Positions 23,549-37,110 of a stretch of 64,000 nucleotides of DNA are shown here, piece by piece. The position numbers were made by a program, and so were the translations under genes. Every line of letters begins with the position of its first letter. Positions within the stretch are counted from its first letter, which is position 1. The notes below the pieces were generated by a model. It was given only the letters and a program-made list of their open reading frames with translations, was not told where the DNA came from and made no database searches. The stretch is from Eremomyces bilateralis CBS 781.70 (taxonomy: Eukaryota): assembly GCA_010015585.1 (NCBI GenBank), contig ML975151.1; one strand, written 5' to 3'.

Positions 23549-26020
23549 CTAGACCGACATCACGAACCCGTCGCCCTCCTTCTCCCATACTTGCTGCAGG
23601 CCGTTGAACCCGTTGAACCACGCGCCCTTCTTCCCCATGCACCCCAGCCCCACAGCGCGCATCCGCTCCACGCCACGGCCCTGGCACAGCTTCCGCTCCC
23701 GCTCGCGGTCCTTCTCCTTCTCCTTCTCCGGACGGTTCTGCCACTTCTGCAGCAGTTTTTCGCGACGGCGGGCGCGCTTGGCTTCCAGTCCCTTGACGAT
23801 GTCGATGGCCGGGCGGCGGGTCACGACGGCGCGCTTGCGGGATGTGTCGTGTGCGTCGTCGACCTCGCCGTCGCCATCCTCGTCGGGGTCATCCACTTCG
23901 ATGGCCGGGGTGAGGACGCGTCGGCTGGCTGCTTCTGCGAAGGGGAACGCCCTTGGACCGTAGTACAAGCGACGGGGGAGAGAGCTAGCGTAAGTCACTT
24001 TGCGTTCACCCAGGACGGATGGCGTGCCCGGGATCTGCAGAGCGTCGGCCCCCAGGTTATATTGGGGGACCTTGTTCAGCGAGCCACGCCGGGTCGGGGG
24101 TGGGCTGCGAAGACGGTGGGGAGGCGGGGAGTGGAGACGGCGGGGAGAGTGGCCGAAGAGTTTGCGGGGTGGCGGCGGGGAGCGATGATGTTGCCCAGTG
24201 GTGGTTCGCTTCGCCGGTGGAGGAGAACGCCCACGACGAGGAGGCGGTGGTGGAGACCGTCGTGACCCCTTCTTGTTCATCTGGTACGCCTTCCTGTGCG
24301 GAGAGTGAGAGTCGATGTCGTCCATGGCACCCTGAACCCAAGCATCGGATTCATCAGGGGCAGATCTAATGTCCTCATTGTCGGACTCGTCTAGTTCCGG
24401 ATCTGAAGTGGGGAACGTTGGGTCAATATCGACGGCAGAAGCCCGGTGAGACTTCCGGAGATGCTCCAAATAACGCTCTTCAAGGGGGCGGTCTTCGTCG
24501 AGGGTGCCGCAGACGAAATCGGTTGAATCAGGAAGCTCGGGAGACGTGGGACGAATAGAGATTGCCTTCTTATGCCTGTGGTTTGGCATCACGGTCGGGG
24601 AGACAGGGCGTGACGATATGGATGATGCGGAAACGCTGCCCGTACGCCTGTCAAATGCGGTCGGAGGATGCTCCACTACCGATGTTGACGCCGTAGTGCG
24701 ACCTGGGTTCCACCAAGCAAAATCAGAGCCGGCTTCGCTAACCGTATCATCGTCCTCCGACGCGAAACCGTGCTCATCGTCGGACTTGAACCCATCATCC
24801 GAGTCGGAGTCGTCATACGAGCTGATAACAGCATCGGCTTCATCGTCATCCTCGTCATCGTCTCCATCCTCATCTTCATCCAGTTCCTCCTCGTCATCCT
24901 CGTCTTCTTCTTCCTCGACTTCCTCAATAATCCTCCTGAAGCCATTTTCGACTTTCAGAGTGTCATTGACCGTCAACGGTCTGCGATGGCATGTCGATTC
25001 CTGCGCCCAGTCATCCACTTCGTCATCTGAGCTAGCGAACTCATGAAACCGGCAAGCCTCCGATCGATTCAAATCCGAAGTGTTGTCTTCGCTGAACTCG
25101 TGACCTGGTTTAGGCTGCAAGGCAAGTGGCGTAGGCTTGCGACTCGTCTGAGGTGATACGCCCGTCACAGTCGCGTCGGAGCCGCGATGTGATCGTTCAC
25201 CATCCTTCTCCTTAGACGCGATGCGACGACGGGATGACGGTGGCGGTGGGGGGCTGGGCAGACGACGTTGGGGAGGTTTCGATTCGGTTGCGGCTGGCTT
25301 GGTGTCGCGAATCGGGCATGCGCCGAATCGGATCGTACTTGGTTTGCGTGGTTGCGGATGATGAAGTTCGCTTTTTGCTCCCGACTCCGTCGCTACAACA
25401 TTTGCTTCGACCTTCGGGGCATCATTCTTTCCACATGCGAATTTGATGCACCGTCTTCGTCCAAGTCCTGCAGCCACCTTCTCCTCGCTGTCATCAGCGA
25501 TGCGGACACGATTCGAAGGTAACAGGATGGGCCCCCCGCGATGGTCGTTGACCGTGATATGTTCGTGGCGGATCTGTTTCGTCGAACCAGGGAGTGCATG
25601 GACGTTCAGAGTGGGGATTGGGGGGCTCGGGGTGTTTGCACGAGACCCAGGAGATGTCAGGTTCCCGTCACTCGTCAACTCTGCCGTTGACGTCGTGCTC
25701 GGATTACTCCAATTCGACACCTGCGACAAGCCGCGAGTGAGGGTGGTGAATCGCGCAGCCGGAGGATCGTAATCGTCCTGGGATTCGGGTTCGTGGAGAA
25801 TGCGAGTCAATAAGGACTTCTGCGCCGTACAGCCCCGCGTTTCGCTCTTCTGGAACTCCTTGACTTCGTGTAGGTGGTGATTCGGCCGAGGGGTAATTTG
25901 CAGTGTTTCGTCAGGGGGCTCATCAACGTCTGCTGCCACTTCCTCGCCATCAAGGTCGAGGGAGGTCGGCTGGTTTTGCATCACCCGTGAATCGGGTGGA
26001 GTGTGTAGCCGGTCCGTCAT
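23549..26020 (-). CDS. Conserved fungal disordered protein (DUF2457-like)
   Basis: RFHEFASS..DDWAQE..LTVNDTLK.EN, an acidic tract, PELPDSTDFVCGTLDEDRPLE, DIDPTFPTSDPE, AIDIVKGLE, GVERMRAVGL. Family name is from memory. Confidence 0.75.
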   Translation of the reverse strand: MTDRLHTPPDSRVMQNQPTSLDLDGEEVAADVDEPPDETLQITPRPNHHLHEVKEFQKSETRGCTAQKSLLTRILHEPESQDDYDPPAARFTTLTRGLSQVSNWSNPSTTSTAELTSDGNLTSPGSRANTPSPPIPTLNVHALPGSTKQIRHEHITVNDHRGGPILLPSNRVRIADDSEEKVAAGLGRRRCIKFACGKNDAPKVEANVVATESGAKSELHHPQPRKPSTIRFGACPIRDTKPAATESKPPQRRLPSPPPPPSSRRRIASKEKDGERSHRGSDATVTGVSPQTSRKPTPLALQPKPGHEFSEDNTSDLNRSEACRFHEFASSDDEVDDWAQESTCHRRPLTVNDTLKVENGFRRIIEEVEEEEDEDDEEELDEDEDGDDDEDDDEADAVISSYDDSDSDDGFKSDDEHGFASEDDDTVSEAGSDFAWWNPGRTTASTSVVEHPPTAFDRRTGSVSASSISSRPVSPTVMPNHRHKKAISIRPTSPELPDSTDFVCGTLDEDRPLEERYLEHLRKSHRASAVDIDPTFPTSDPELDESDNEDIRSAPDESDAWVQGAMDDIDSHSPHRKAYQMNKKGSRRSPPPPPRRGRSPPPAKRTTTGQHHRSPPPPRKLFGHSPRRLHSPPPHRLRSPPPTRRGSLNKVPQYNLGADALQIPGTPSVLGERKVTYASSLPRRLYYGPRAFPFAEAASRRVLTPAIEVDDPDEDGDGEVDDAHDTSRKRAVVTRRPAIDIVKGLEAKRARRREKLLQKWQNRPEKEKEKDRERERKLCQGRGVERMRAVGLGCMGKKGAWFNGFNGLQQVWEKEGDGFVMSV

Positions 26021-29000
26021 CGTGAGTATGAAATGCAGTGTAAGGGATATCCACACTGCCACAGTCTAGTTATACAAAATGGAAATTCCAGGAAGATGGT
26101 CCAGTCAATGAAGAAATGTCCGAGGACCGTCGAACGTCGTTGGTCGCAGGGCCGCGTCAGAGCGTACGGCGGGTTGCGACAAGAAGATCACAGTGAGGCG
26201 TTGGAATACGTCTGGTCTGGCCAAGGCACAAGCCAAGATGCTTGAAGCCAGATCCGGCAAGTACCACCAACGCGAATGAGTCGGATTCGGAAACGGCGAG
26301 AAGTGGAGAGGTACGGTAGAAGGAGATGGCTGATACCAATGATGGACTAAAGCCCGATCGGCGAGTGCTATAATTTTGACGAAGTCATAATGTGATAAGG
26401 CCGCGGATGCTAGATGCGTCCCGAGTTAGCAATATTCGATGATTCTCTCTTTTGTTGTGGAGCCACGTAGAAGGCAGTGCGAAAAGAAATAGCGAAACGA
26501 AGTCGCAAAAGCAGGAAGTGAGGAAACCAACCTTTGGAAAAGCAGTGGAGATGGGAATCTTGGTAAGGAAGGCTGTGGCGATGCTACGCCTATTTCGGAG
26601 TTGGCGGGTTTGGTGGTGTGTGTACCACCAAAGATGAAGACCGATCTTGAAATCGAGATGACGTGGAATGGCTCTATAAGGCCTCTGAGAGGCAGAAATG
26701 GAACCGCGATGATTCAGGTGATGAATTGTTTCAGACGATCTGCGTAGGATATGAGATGGGTGTGGGAATTTGGATGGAGGTGAATTTTGATGAATGCGGT
26801 GGAGGGGCGAGGAGAGGGAAAAGAGTGAGCGAGAGAGCAAAAAGGGAAAAGAGTGGGGGGTTTGGGTCTTGGGACTTGGGACTTTGGGTGAATGGGAGTG
26901 TTTTGGCTGAGCGCACCCACTGATGAATTGGAATTTTGGCAGGTAGCGTGGGAGCGGGACTTCTGAAGGATATGAGGGGTTTTTGGAGTGCGGACACTGT
27001 CATCACGGGATATTCACAGGAAATTCACAGGAAATTCACAGCCAACTCCCACAGGCCACAGCGAAACAATCCACGGTTGCTTTCGGGTCAACTACTCAGT
27101 AATTAGCTTACCCTCTACTTTACACTTTAGCCCCCGCTCCGCGACGAGAAATTTGATGGACACTCCTTCAACGCCGTCAATTTCCAGCCCATCTCATTCG
27201 CTCCCTCCGCCTCCTAGCCTAGTAGCCCACTGCATCCCGTCCCTAACTTGCCCTGCGAGATCGAAATTAAATCCCTCACAGGGTCTTGACAGTTAGCTGC
27301 GAGTATTAATACCAAATGCCAAATTGCTTTCGGCCCTTGATCGTGTCCGTCAATCCAAAGCACGATCGACTCCACATTCCATTGTTCCAACTTCCAACAG
27401 TGAAACCCAATGGCCATGTCTCATCACCACAAGCGAAACCTTCTTCCCCGGTGATCGCGAAATCATGGCGTGGTCGACGATTCCGTTCCGATCTCTCCGT
27501 CATCCAGTCGGACCGTGTTGCGTTGCCACAGAAAATTGGTAATCCAACGCCTCAGGTGCGTCGCTGACGAAACCCGAATTCTGCAACGTCGACCAGGAGT
27601 CCAGGACACAGCCGGGCTCTGCCAAGCGCGGATATGAACTGACTGTACGGTAATAACGTCGTCCACTAGGAACATCACTGCCTGTACGAGCATTGGAGGG
27701 TCTTTCTCCTGCGGTATCACGGATGACGATCGTCCAAAACGGCCCTGAACAATGTCTTCGTGGCTACGCAAGCGGTTTCGTGTGAGTCGAAACACCTGAC
27801 CGACTAATGACCGTTGATATCGATGTCTATCAACTATTTTGGTCCGCTTGCCTATTTTATCGATGGCAGTATTGCAACGACCGCGCATTCAGTGGCATCA
27901 GTCGAGCACGGCAACATTGTACATCATGGCAATTGATGCGGTATGGCGTGTTCGGTCGTTGAGACCTCGTCCCACCTTCGGCCTCAAACATCGCAGACCG
28001 CACTTCCTTGGCCACGCCCGACCCATCGGAGATGTGTGCAAACATGTATCATCGCATCCAAGACATGGCAACACCCTGCCACAGTTAATAGAGGCAAGTC
28101 GATGCGATCATGCAACAGCATCGAGTCCATATTATTTATGTACTTCGTCCTATTCCCAGCCAAGTGGAACATCCTGAGCGGCTCCCGCTATTCTTGATGC
28201 ATTGATCCGTGGGAGATCCTAGTACTTTTGGGTTTCCTTGACGCGATCGAAACATGTGTTCCGTCTTATCAAATTGCGTAGACAACATATTGGAGTTCTG
28301 GAGTGGTACGCTAATCAGGACGGCTTCCTCTCCTTGCTAAATGTTTTCATGAAATGCAACAGAAGTGAGCCATCGGGTGATTTTCAGTCGTCTTTGTTCA
28401 CAGCCAAACGGCCTCCGAGTACGATTTTGTCAGATGAGGGGTTGTCGGGGACAATACATCTCCTGTACTTTGGCGGATGGATGGATAGAATATTGGCAGA
28501 CTCTACCATATCCCTTTACCCAGCGCCCCCTGACCGTTGAAAAATGCTTGACGACCGTCTTCATCGTGGAGCTTGATCATCTGCATGTTTTACCCCAAAC
28601 CATCCAGATGAGCTTCGCCAATGGCGGATGTCTTGGACTCTTGGACTCGTGGTGTTTTTCCGCCATGTTGCCCCAATGAGGATAAGTTTTAATAATCAAC
28701 CTCATTATTGGACCAAGTCAACACGGCACGATCGCTGCTGCTATTAGCCAAGGCTTCAATAGACGCTTTGGACTTTAACAGTTTAACTCCAAGTCGTTCC
28801 CCACACCTCATCGTACTAATTGCCACGTCGGCTTGCCCTACAGTTAGACATATATTCTTGGAACTTGGAAGTGTACCCCCTCGAATCCTCGATGGATTGG
28901 GGATTGGAGAGGATCACTGCGAAGTGAGAATGAATTCAACTCGCACTCAACACGACATGCAATAATACCATCGTCCCTCCACCATCACGCCACCAACAAC

Positions 29001-32000
29001 CCCTCATCCCTACAGCAGTTGAACCTCACAGCCCAACCCCGCACCCTGATCGTCCGCTCCTCCATCTGCGGCTTCTCCCCCGGGGTATTCCGACCGCGTC
29101 CGTCAACGCCAATCGCCCATGCACGGTATCTCCCAAGTCCCAACGCCAAACGGATTGCAAATCGTCGGACGCAGGCCGGTGCATGTTCAGCAGCTCTCGG
29201 AAAGGCTTGATTCTGGTGCCATGCGGCCAGCACGCGAGGGGGCTCGCGTCGAAGGAACGGGCATGGGCGGCGGCGCATGTGCCAGGTGCTGCGTTCGTGT
29301 TGACACGGAGGGCATGGATTATGGACGGACGGCAGGACGACGACACCCCACGTTCGGGGTCATTTGGAGTTCTTTGACTCTGGTGGGTCTGGTTTGGTTA
29401 ATCCCTCACCTTGTTGACATGGGTAATGGATGGTAACAATATTGCTTCAGGTTGGGGTAACTAGGGGTGTAGCAACCAGTAGGTCCCAAGATCAATAACG
29501 CTTGTCGAGTTGTCATTGTTTGTCTTTGTCTCTGGAAGTGATGGCTTGATTTAGCGCATCTCCTGCATATCAAATTCGTCAATCTCCTAAATCCTCCAAA
29601 TCTCCTTCTCTCATATTCGCCAGTTAGGGCGACCACCGACACGATGACATCTAACAACCCACACGCTGCGGGAGTGGACGAAAGGGACTGCCCGCTCCGC
29701 ATTTCCGGACCCTCCTAACCCGATCCATCCTCGCGTCCGTCATTCCAACCGACTCCGTCACCATCACTCCGACGATCTAAGCAGCAGAGAAGAATTCCCA
29801 CCAAAAATATATGAGAACCAAGAATAGTCGTTGCGATAATTATGCAAAAAATCACCTGTCCGTGCCCCTACAAAGTCTTAGTCGCCGGCGATCCAAACAC
29901 CCAAGCTTGTATCTCCGCGGTTCGCAATTCTGCACCTGCATGCCCCCCGCGCTATCGCGAAATCATCCAGTCGTCCATGCTCGACGCCCACTCCCCAGCG
30001 ACCCAGTCCCGAGACACAACGCAGGGTTTCTGCACCCGATTTTAGGTCCGTTCTTGGGAAAGGCGGGATATCGCGGTATGGTAAATGTGGTGGATGGTAG
30101 GTCATGGGGCAGACCGAACCCGGACGATACCCTGTCGGGGCGGCAATGGCGCGGCTGTCAGGGAAATGCCTCAACAAGGTTATTCGCCGTGGTCATTAAA
30201 GGGAAGACGGGGTTGATTGGGTGGAAAGCTCGCGTTTGCTGGACATTTCCTGATTGTATAACGTCCAGTCTTCAAGGCATCGAGTATCAATCAGTGCTAG
30301 GTGAGTACTGAGTAGAGCAGTCTCCTAGATGGCTCTAGGAATAGCGTACAGGCGTTGAGCTATGGTTTATGAATTGAGTGAGGGGATATCTACAGAGTAG
30401 GTACGGAGTCAATGGATCCCCTGACGATTAGTGACTACACGTTCCTTAGACGTATTCTAGCCACTCTCCATTTCTCTATCATAATTGAGGGCTGGAAATT
30501 CATTCTCGTGGTTCTGCAAGGTGGTCGGATTCAAAAATCAAGTTCGCTTGTATCTAGCCTTCAAATCACCCTATACTGTTCAATAGACGGTATCTAGACG
30601 GCAGATACAGAGCGCTCAGAACAGTAATAGTCCAATCACCTTGGAAGAGACTGTTCTGCCATGATGCAAGTCCCCTCCAATGCCGCAGAACAGGCATATG
30701 GATTGTGCCTTCTTTTGCCGTTTCCCACATGAATACCGATAGACAGTTCCATATCGCGTTTGACCGCAGTGAATATGAGAATAGTGACCGAACAAGGCAG
30801 ATGCCCTTTTCCCACGCATCTAAACGGATTGTTGAATCCTGGTCTCCTTCTACCTACGCTACCTTTGACATTAGTAGGCGGAACAAGTCTATATATATCA
30901 AGATGACTGCTTTCGGACCGAGACCTAAAAGGCCGGATGTCCGCAACTAGTAACAACGGTAAGAGTAGGGCTTCGACAGGAGAAGCACAAGGTTCTACGT
31001 AGACAATCGTAATCCTAGTACTCCGGTCGGTTCTTCGAGGGCTCCCCGAGCCTCAGAACAATATCGAAGGGGCCAAAATAAGGGCGAAAAGTTGGTCGAA
31101 GATGGTAAATCGGGGCAATAGTCAATACATGTTGATATGAAACAGAATCTTGATGAAATGAAAGCCATGCTGCACGCAGAATGAACGAAAAATACAAAGA
31201 GAAGTAGGTAGGTACGAAAACAAGCCACAGCAGACGGTGGTGGTGGTGGTGGTGGGATTGAGGCCGACCTAGAGCTGCGCAGCATCGGAATTCACATACC
31301 ATAAGCCGAGCCTCCACTTCGATTGCCAACATAAAGATCCGGGAGCGAAACCGTAGTCGGACGGCAGACCTATGTGCTCGTGCTATGTCTTAGCAAACGT
31401 CGTATCATAAGGTATGTTACCACCTAGAACTCATATGTATAACATCATATGATATCATCCCGACTGATCACCCGTTTCCCTTCTGCGTATTCCCTCTTTT
31501 TCATATGATTGGCCCCGGTGCATCATTGGGCTTGGCGGGAGTCTTATATTAGTTCATATATTTGGACCAAAGGCTCGAAATCATGGGAATAGGGCAGAAT
31601 GGAAGAACTGATATAGAATGGCTACGCGACTTACAGTTCACCTCATGGCTAAGTAGTACAACGCTTGCGTAAGGGGTATTCCAGCGGTTGACGACCCTGT
31701 GGACAAGTCTTTGACGAAACGAGTATTATTGAATTGGTCGGATTGGCGAAGGTTTAAGGTACTCACCACCTGTCAGTAAGACACCGGCATGGGTTGTACT
31801 CCTGCCATACACACCCAGTCCAAGATTTATCCCTAGCTCAGAGCCTATATAATTTGCTCGAACCAGACACTTCTTTTGTCAGTTTTAATGCCTCTGTTCC
31901 GTTGATTGTCGGTTTGCATGGGTAAGAACTCCCGTCAGAGGGATATTCCGGACATAGCTGTACGCAGTGCTGAATGACTTGAGGGAGGAGTTTCAATTAT

Positions 32001-32976
32001 TAACTGGAGAGCGCAATGGGCTCCACCTGTACTTCTGTTACCCAGGAGTGGCTCTGCATTGTAGGTTTCCCATTCCTCCGGTTAGCCGTATGTTTCCAAA
32101 GCCACACGGAGGTAACAGAAGCGAGTGCGATGTATGATGCCTCCTGTCTTCGATGGTTGAATCCCACCCGGGCACTCATTGGTCAAGTCGAATAGCTGCT
32201 CTGGGGCGGAAACTTCAAAGCATAATGCCAACATTGTCGAGACAGCCACATTCGATTTGTATGGAGGAGACCATTGTCCGTGGAAGTTGGTGAAATGAGT
32301 TCACGAGTCTCGTTCCGTTGAAGTTGAAGGGCTGGATGGGCGATTGGCTATTAGAGCCTAGAACATGCCCGTGGCGGGCACTAAACCCAACAAGGAACCT
32401 CCAGGTTCCCCAAGAATCAAAGATCCTGGACATCAAACGTCCCTGGATGTTGGATGGAAATTGGAATACAAGATGGCGTTCAGGACATGCACAAGTCCCA
32501 TACCATAGCCCTACGGCCTACGGGGTACCATTGCGATCCCTCGACTCATCAACTCTGTCAACTGTAACCCTGTACAGAGTCCTCCCGCACGGCTTTGTGT
32601 CGTCGGTCCTGAGTAATGAGGCTTGACTACTTACATTTTGGAGAGCGTGGGAGCTCTCTTGGGTTGGCCGCTATAGTATTGAATTGAATGTAACCATCTC
32701 GGTTTCGACTCCTGGTTTGCATTCTTTCCTTTTTCGCGGCCGCAATGTTTTGATTGGTTCGTGAGACCATGGGATGGCTTTCGTTCGCTAAAATAGGAGC
32801 GCCATATGCACTCGATAGGAGAGTAGGCATTTGGAAACTTGGAATACAGGGCCACCTCAGCCTTCCCGTCATGGCATTTGCTATTCGAAGTTTGAAGAGC
32901 ATGGGGATTTTAAGGTCGTCCATAGACACCTGGTCGTTTTCCCATTCTTGCCTCGCGCCCATCGTTATCCAACACC

Positions 32977-35194
32977 ATGGGACGAATTATCTCCCCTTCC
33001 GCTCTTTTGTTCATTTCCTTTCTCGCCTCCTTGACCGTTTCCGCAAAGGACAGGCCTGGCAGGTTCAAGGCCGCTGTCGGCAACTTAAAAATTCCCTTCA
33101 CTGACGAGGGCGTGATCGACAAAGTCGTCTCGTCCGAAAAGAACATCACGGATTTCGATTGCCTTCATGGCCAGATCCGTGAATACTAGAGCGGCAATGG
33201 AAAAGCGGTTCCCGAGGACGTCGCGGCTCCCCAGTTACAAGAATTCGCCAGTTCTTGCGGCATCGATCCGGAACTGCACAGGAACCTTCTCGGGAACGCC
33301 AGCAAAGGGCTCGAGGCTGAGCTCGCACTGTTCGACAACAATCTTGGACTGCTATTGGAGGAGTCGTTTACCGATTTGTCTGAAAAATATCTGGATGTGA
33401 TCGAAGCGGAAGATGAGTATCGACATTAGGAGGCACTCGGCTCCTACATGGGAGTTGGAAGCAGTGTCAAATGCAGTGCATACATCTCCGAAGTTTTGGA
33501 TGGCATGCACGAATGGGAGAAGGCTGGGGCCAACGCGGCCACCACTTTGATGGCACTCGTTCCGACATTCCTTGCGTTTGGCAACTTGTATGTCTATACC
33601 ATATGGACTCGGATCGTTACCTACTTGCACCCCTAGCCTGCTTTAGGTATGTCCCACGGAGCTCAGAAGCATTCGCAACAAGTTGGATTATCGGAGTTGG
33701 TGCTGCCATGTATAGCCTGGGTTTGCCTGTCAGAAGCGTTAGTATTTGTCTTCCCTCTTGTCGATAAACCGACTGCTTACGTTTCCAACAGAAAAACGCC
33801 GTTCCACGAGGGTCGAGTGATGGAGATTGGTGCATTTGGGATCGCACCGATTAGTATGATAGCAGATCTCGCCGATCTGAGCATCCTGGCAACACTAGAA
33901 TCTCTCCGGAGCTGGACGAGGCCAGGAAACAAGACGGCGCATATGAGGGACTTTGTCAAGATTCGAGAAAGAGCAATGAACGATTGGCTAAAACGGTACC
34001 ACTGGTGGCATATACCGGCTATTATCGTTGCCGTTATCCAAGGCGTGATCTTTGGGATTGCGATCGAGCCACTCTTTAAAGCCGGAGGCGTGCCTCGATT
34101 CCTTTTCCATTGCGCGGAACAGAAGTACGTGCCCGGGATGATATCTCAGTGGGCGACAATCAGCTAACATCAACCGTAGCTGGACTGGTCTTTACCTCCT
34201 TGTTAGCGCGGCTGCAAATGCAGTTTTCCGACTTCTAATGTGGCACGCTTCTGACCATGAAGTCGTCAGCGGTGAGCTTTGACTCGAGCGATTGATGTTG
34301 ACGGCTGGTACTAATTCAGCTGCAGTTTACGCGCTCTCTGATAGTGCCAAACTAACTCTTCAGGACATAGTTGACTCTGATCCCACAGCATCGACAAACA
34401 CCACTGCGACCACATTACCACCGCTCTATTACCCCCTCATGTCCAAGATCGTCTGGACCTTGAGCAACTTCTGGGCGAAATTGCGAAAGCGGCAGCCTTC
34501 CCCCCCTAAGCACCCTCAAGGCGCAGTTGTAACGCCCCTGAAAGACCAAATCGAATACGCCAAAGCCATCTTCCGAAGGCCCAGCGAAATCCTCCATAGC
34601 GGCTTCAAAACCACCGACGCTGCGCCCCGCTGGCACCCTCTCATTATCTTGGTGCATCTCTCAACGATGGGCCGACCCCAGCTGAAGATGCTGTTCACCG
34701 GGTTCGTGGAAGCCGCCCTCCTTCTCATCCTCACCTTCTTCTTCGCCGCGCAGTGGGGCGGGAACCTGTTCATCACTGCGTGGGCGCTCGGCCTCCTATT
34801 TATTTTCATCACCGTCGGCTGCGCGCTGGCGCTAGTCTACGTCTGGCTCAGCGCGCAGGTGTGGGGCCTCCATGTCATCAATTGCGATGAGCGGACCAAA
34901 ATCGTGGGCTGCTTGAGGATCCTGTGCAGCATGGAAGAAGAGCTAGTGGAGGCCAATGGCGCTCATTCCTTCAACGGGCATCGACTGGATTACTTGCAGT
35001 CGTTCAAAAGGTGGAGGCTGGATTATGTGAGCGGGAGACATGATCAAAATCATGCACCATCAAGCGCGAGCGCGCCGAAAGAAAGTCAGGAGAAAGATAA
35101 CGTGGCGATAGAGGTAGATGTCACGCCAGTGGATAATAGTGCGGATGCTCCAGTGGCACAGCCAGAAGTGGCGACAGTTGACCGGATTGTATAG
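32977..35194 (+). pseudogene. Disrupted signal-peptide and multi-pass membrane protein gene
   Basis: A signal-peptide-like MGRIISPSALLFISFLASLTVSA frame continues through in-frame TAG codons at 33187-33189 and 33427-33429 to AGANAATTLMALVPTFLAFG. Canonical introns follow, with a probable 1-nt frameshift near 33810. The final exon is a hydrophobic 300-aa ORF. Confidence 0.7.
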
Positions 35195-35838
35195 CGTGCG
35201 GTCATCTGGCATCTCTAGAATTGATAACAAGATTTGAGTCTGCCTCGTATCCGTCAATTAAACTGCGTGTACGCATTGATTTTATGCCCCAGATACTATT
35301 AACGCCATTTCTATCACGGTTTGCCCCGCTCATCTCTACGATTCGGCAAAAAGGTTGCTAAGGTGTATTTTGCGAGTCTCTGAGTGAATGGTTCAGTTCT
35401 TCCAGTAGTCAGGGGCACCAATCGAAATTTTGGCGCAATATCAACCAATAAAATGGTTGCTACGCCGCGTTGGACAGAAGAAATCGATATTGCATGACCT
35501 GAACGGAATACTGTGGTAGAAGGGTAACCCATTTACAGGGATAATGATAATATATTTGGCTAATAATTATTGGAAGTTGGCTATGGTGGAGATCCTCTCT
35601 AATATCGGTCAGAACGCCTTCTGATTCTAGCCTTCGAGGTAACAGTTGATAGTTGAGTTATCACTAGTTATGGTTGCCTACGAATAACGACCTACTTAGT
35701 TCACTCGTTTTACTGCATTTCTATTTCACCGACCAGTATTCTGTTCACATCCAGCCGCCCGATCTCTGTCCTGAAGTTTAGAATGCATAGATCATTTGCG
35801 TTACAAAGACAAAGACTAAACCAAGCTGATTTTTCAAG

Positions 35839-36620
35839 ATGAAGAAGCTGTTGAAGTTGTATGTCCACTCTTGAAGCGAGGATGTTCAGGCTAATTAAAG
35901 ACTGCCATTAAGCAAGTCCATGCCACTTATTAGAAAGGACGGTCCCGCCAAAGAGAAGGACTCAAATCAGACCGACATTGAGGCACTGGACCGTCATATG
36001 TTCATGCAAAAAGCAAGGACTAGGTTGAAAAAGGAGCTGGAAACTATTGCTAAGGACCCGTTTGAAACCTGGTCTATTGGACCAGTCGCGGACGATCCAG
36101 TATGAGATATGTCGGCCAACAAATACGACAAGAACGTACCTCTAATACATCCTAGTTCCACTGCCAGGGGACACTGCTTGGCCCGGTACGTTTGATAAAT
36201 GTAGATTTGGTCTTCCTGATCTTGACTAACGAAACTCAAGCCCGGCTCGCCATATTCGGAGGGATTGTTCTTCTTATATATCAGGTTCCCAGCCGATTAC
36301 CCGTTCTCTGCGCCTTGCGTGTACTTCACGACGAGGATCTACCATCCCAATATTAGCTTAAATGGAACCATAACGCTTGAGCTGATCAAGGATAATTGGT
36401 CGGTGGGCTGCAAGATTCCAAGCGTAAGTCTGATTTCCTCATTCTTATACGAGTACGATGGTTGACCGCCTGCCAGATATTCGTCGCCCTGAACCAACTA
36501 CTGCTGGAACCAAACCTGGCCACCGCCATCAATCGCGAAGCCGAAAATAAGTATAAAACGGATCGACTACAGTATCATCAAATGGCGATAGAGTGGACGA
36601 GAAGCTATGCGAGTGGTTGA
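35839..36620 (+). CDS. Ubc4/5-like E2 fold protein lacking the catalytic Cys (E2 variant)
   Basis: Five exons splice in frame: ARTRLKKELETI..SIGPVADDP|FHCQGTLLGP|PGSPYSEGLFFLYIRFPADYPFSAPCVYFTTRIYHPNISLNGTITLELIKDNWS..|IFVALNQLLLEPN..AIEWTRSYA. Confidence 0.85.
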
Positions 36621-37110
36621 GCAAGGCGACGGAGGGTGCAATGGGTGATACCGCCATGCAGGATAAGACAGTCAGTGGGGAATTGCGAACTTATGAATCA
36701 GCGAATAGACAAGCGTTAAATAAGACCACATTAGTTATACATTTAGAACCTTGGACTTTGGAGATATAACAATGATATATCGTGACTTGAACACGATGTT
36801 GACATGTACTATCGTAGATGTGGGAGTGGGCCAAGGGATAGACCCTGAAAATTCGACTCCACATCGCTTGATGTGCAGACCCGAGGCTCGGTTGTCTCTC
36901 CGCGCCGTCTCCACGTTTACAAACAATTCGCCAATGACGTGGATCCTTCATTTCATGGCTCGTTGGGCCAAAATCTTAGGGGTCTATGGATCTCAAAGTT
37001 CCTAGAATATACATCCAGATGCTGCTCCTGGACCATCGCAGCGTCAAGTCTTAGTATCTATCGATTCAATTCCTGCGCCTGCGCCGGAACCACCGCTTTA
37101 CTTTATCACC

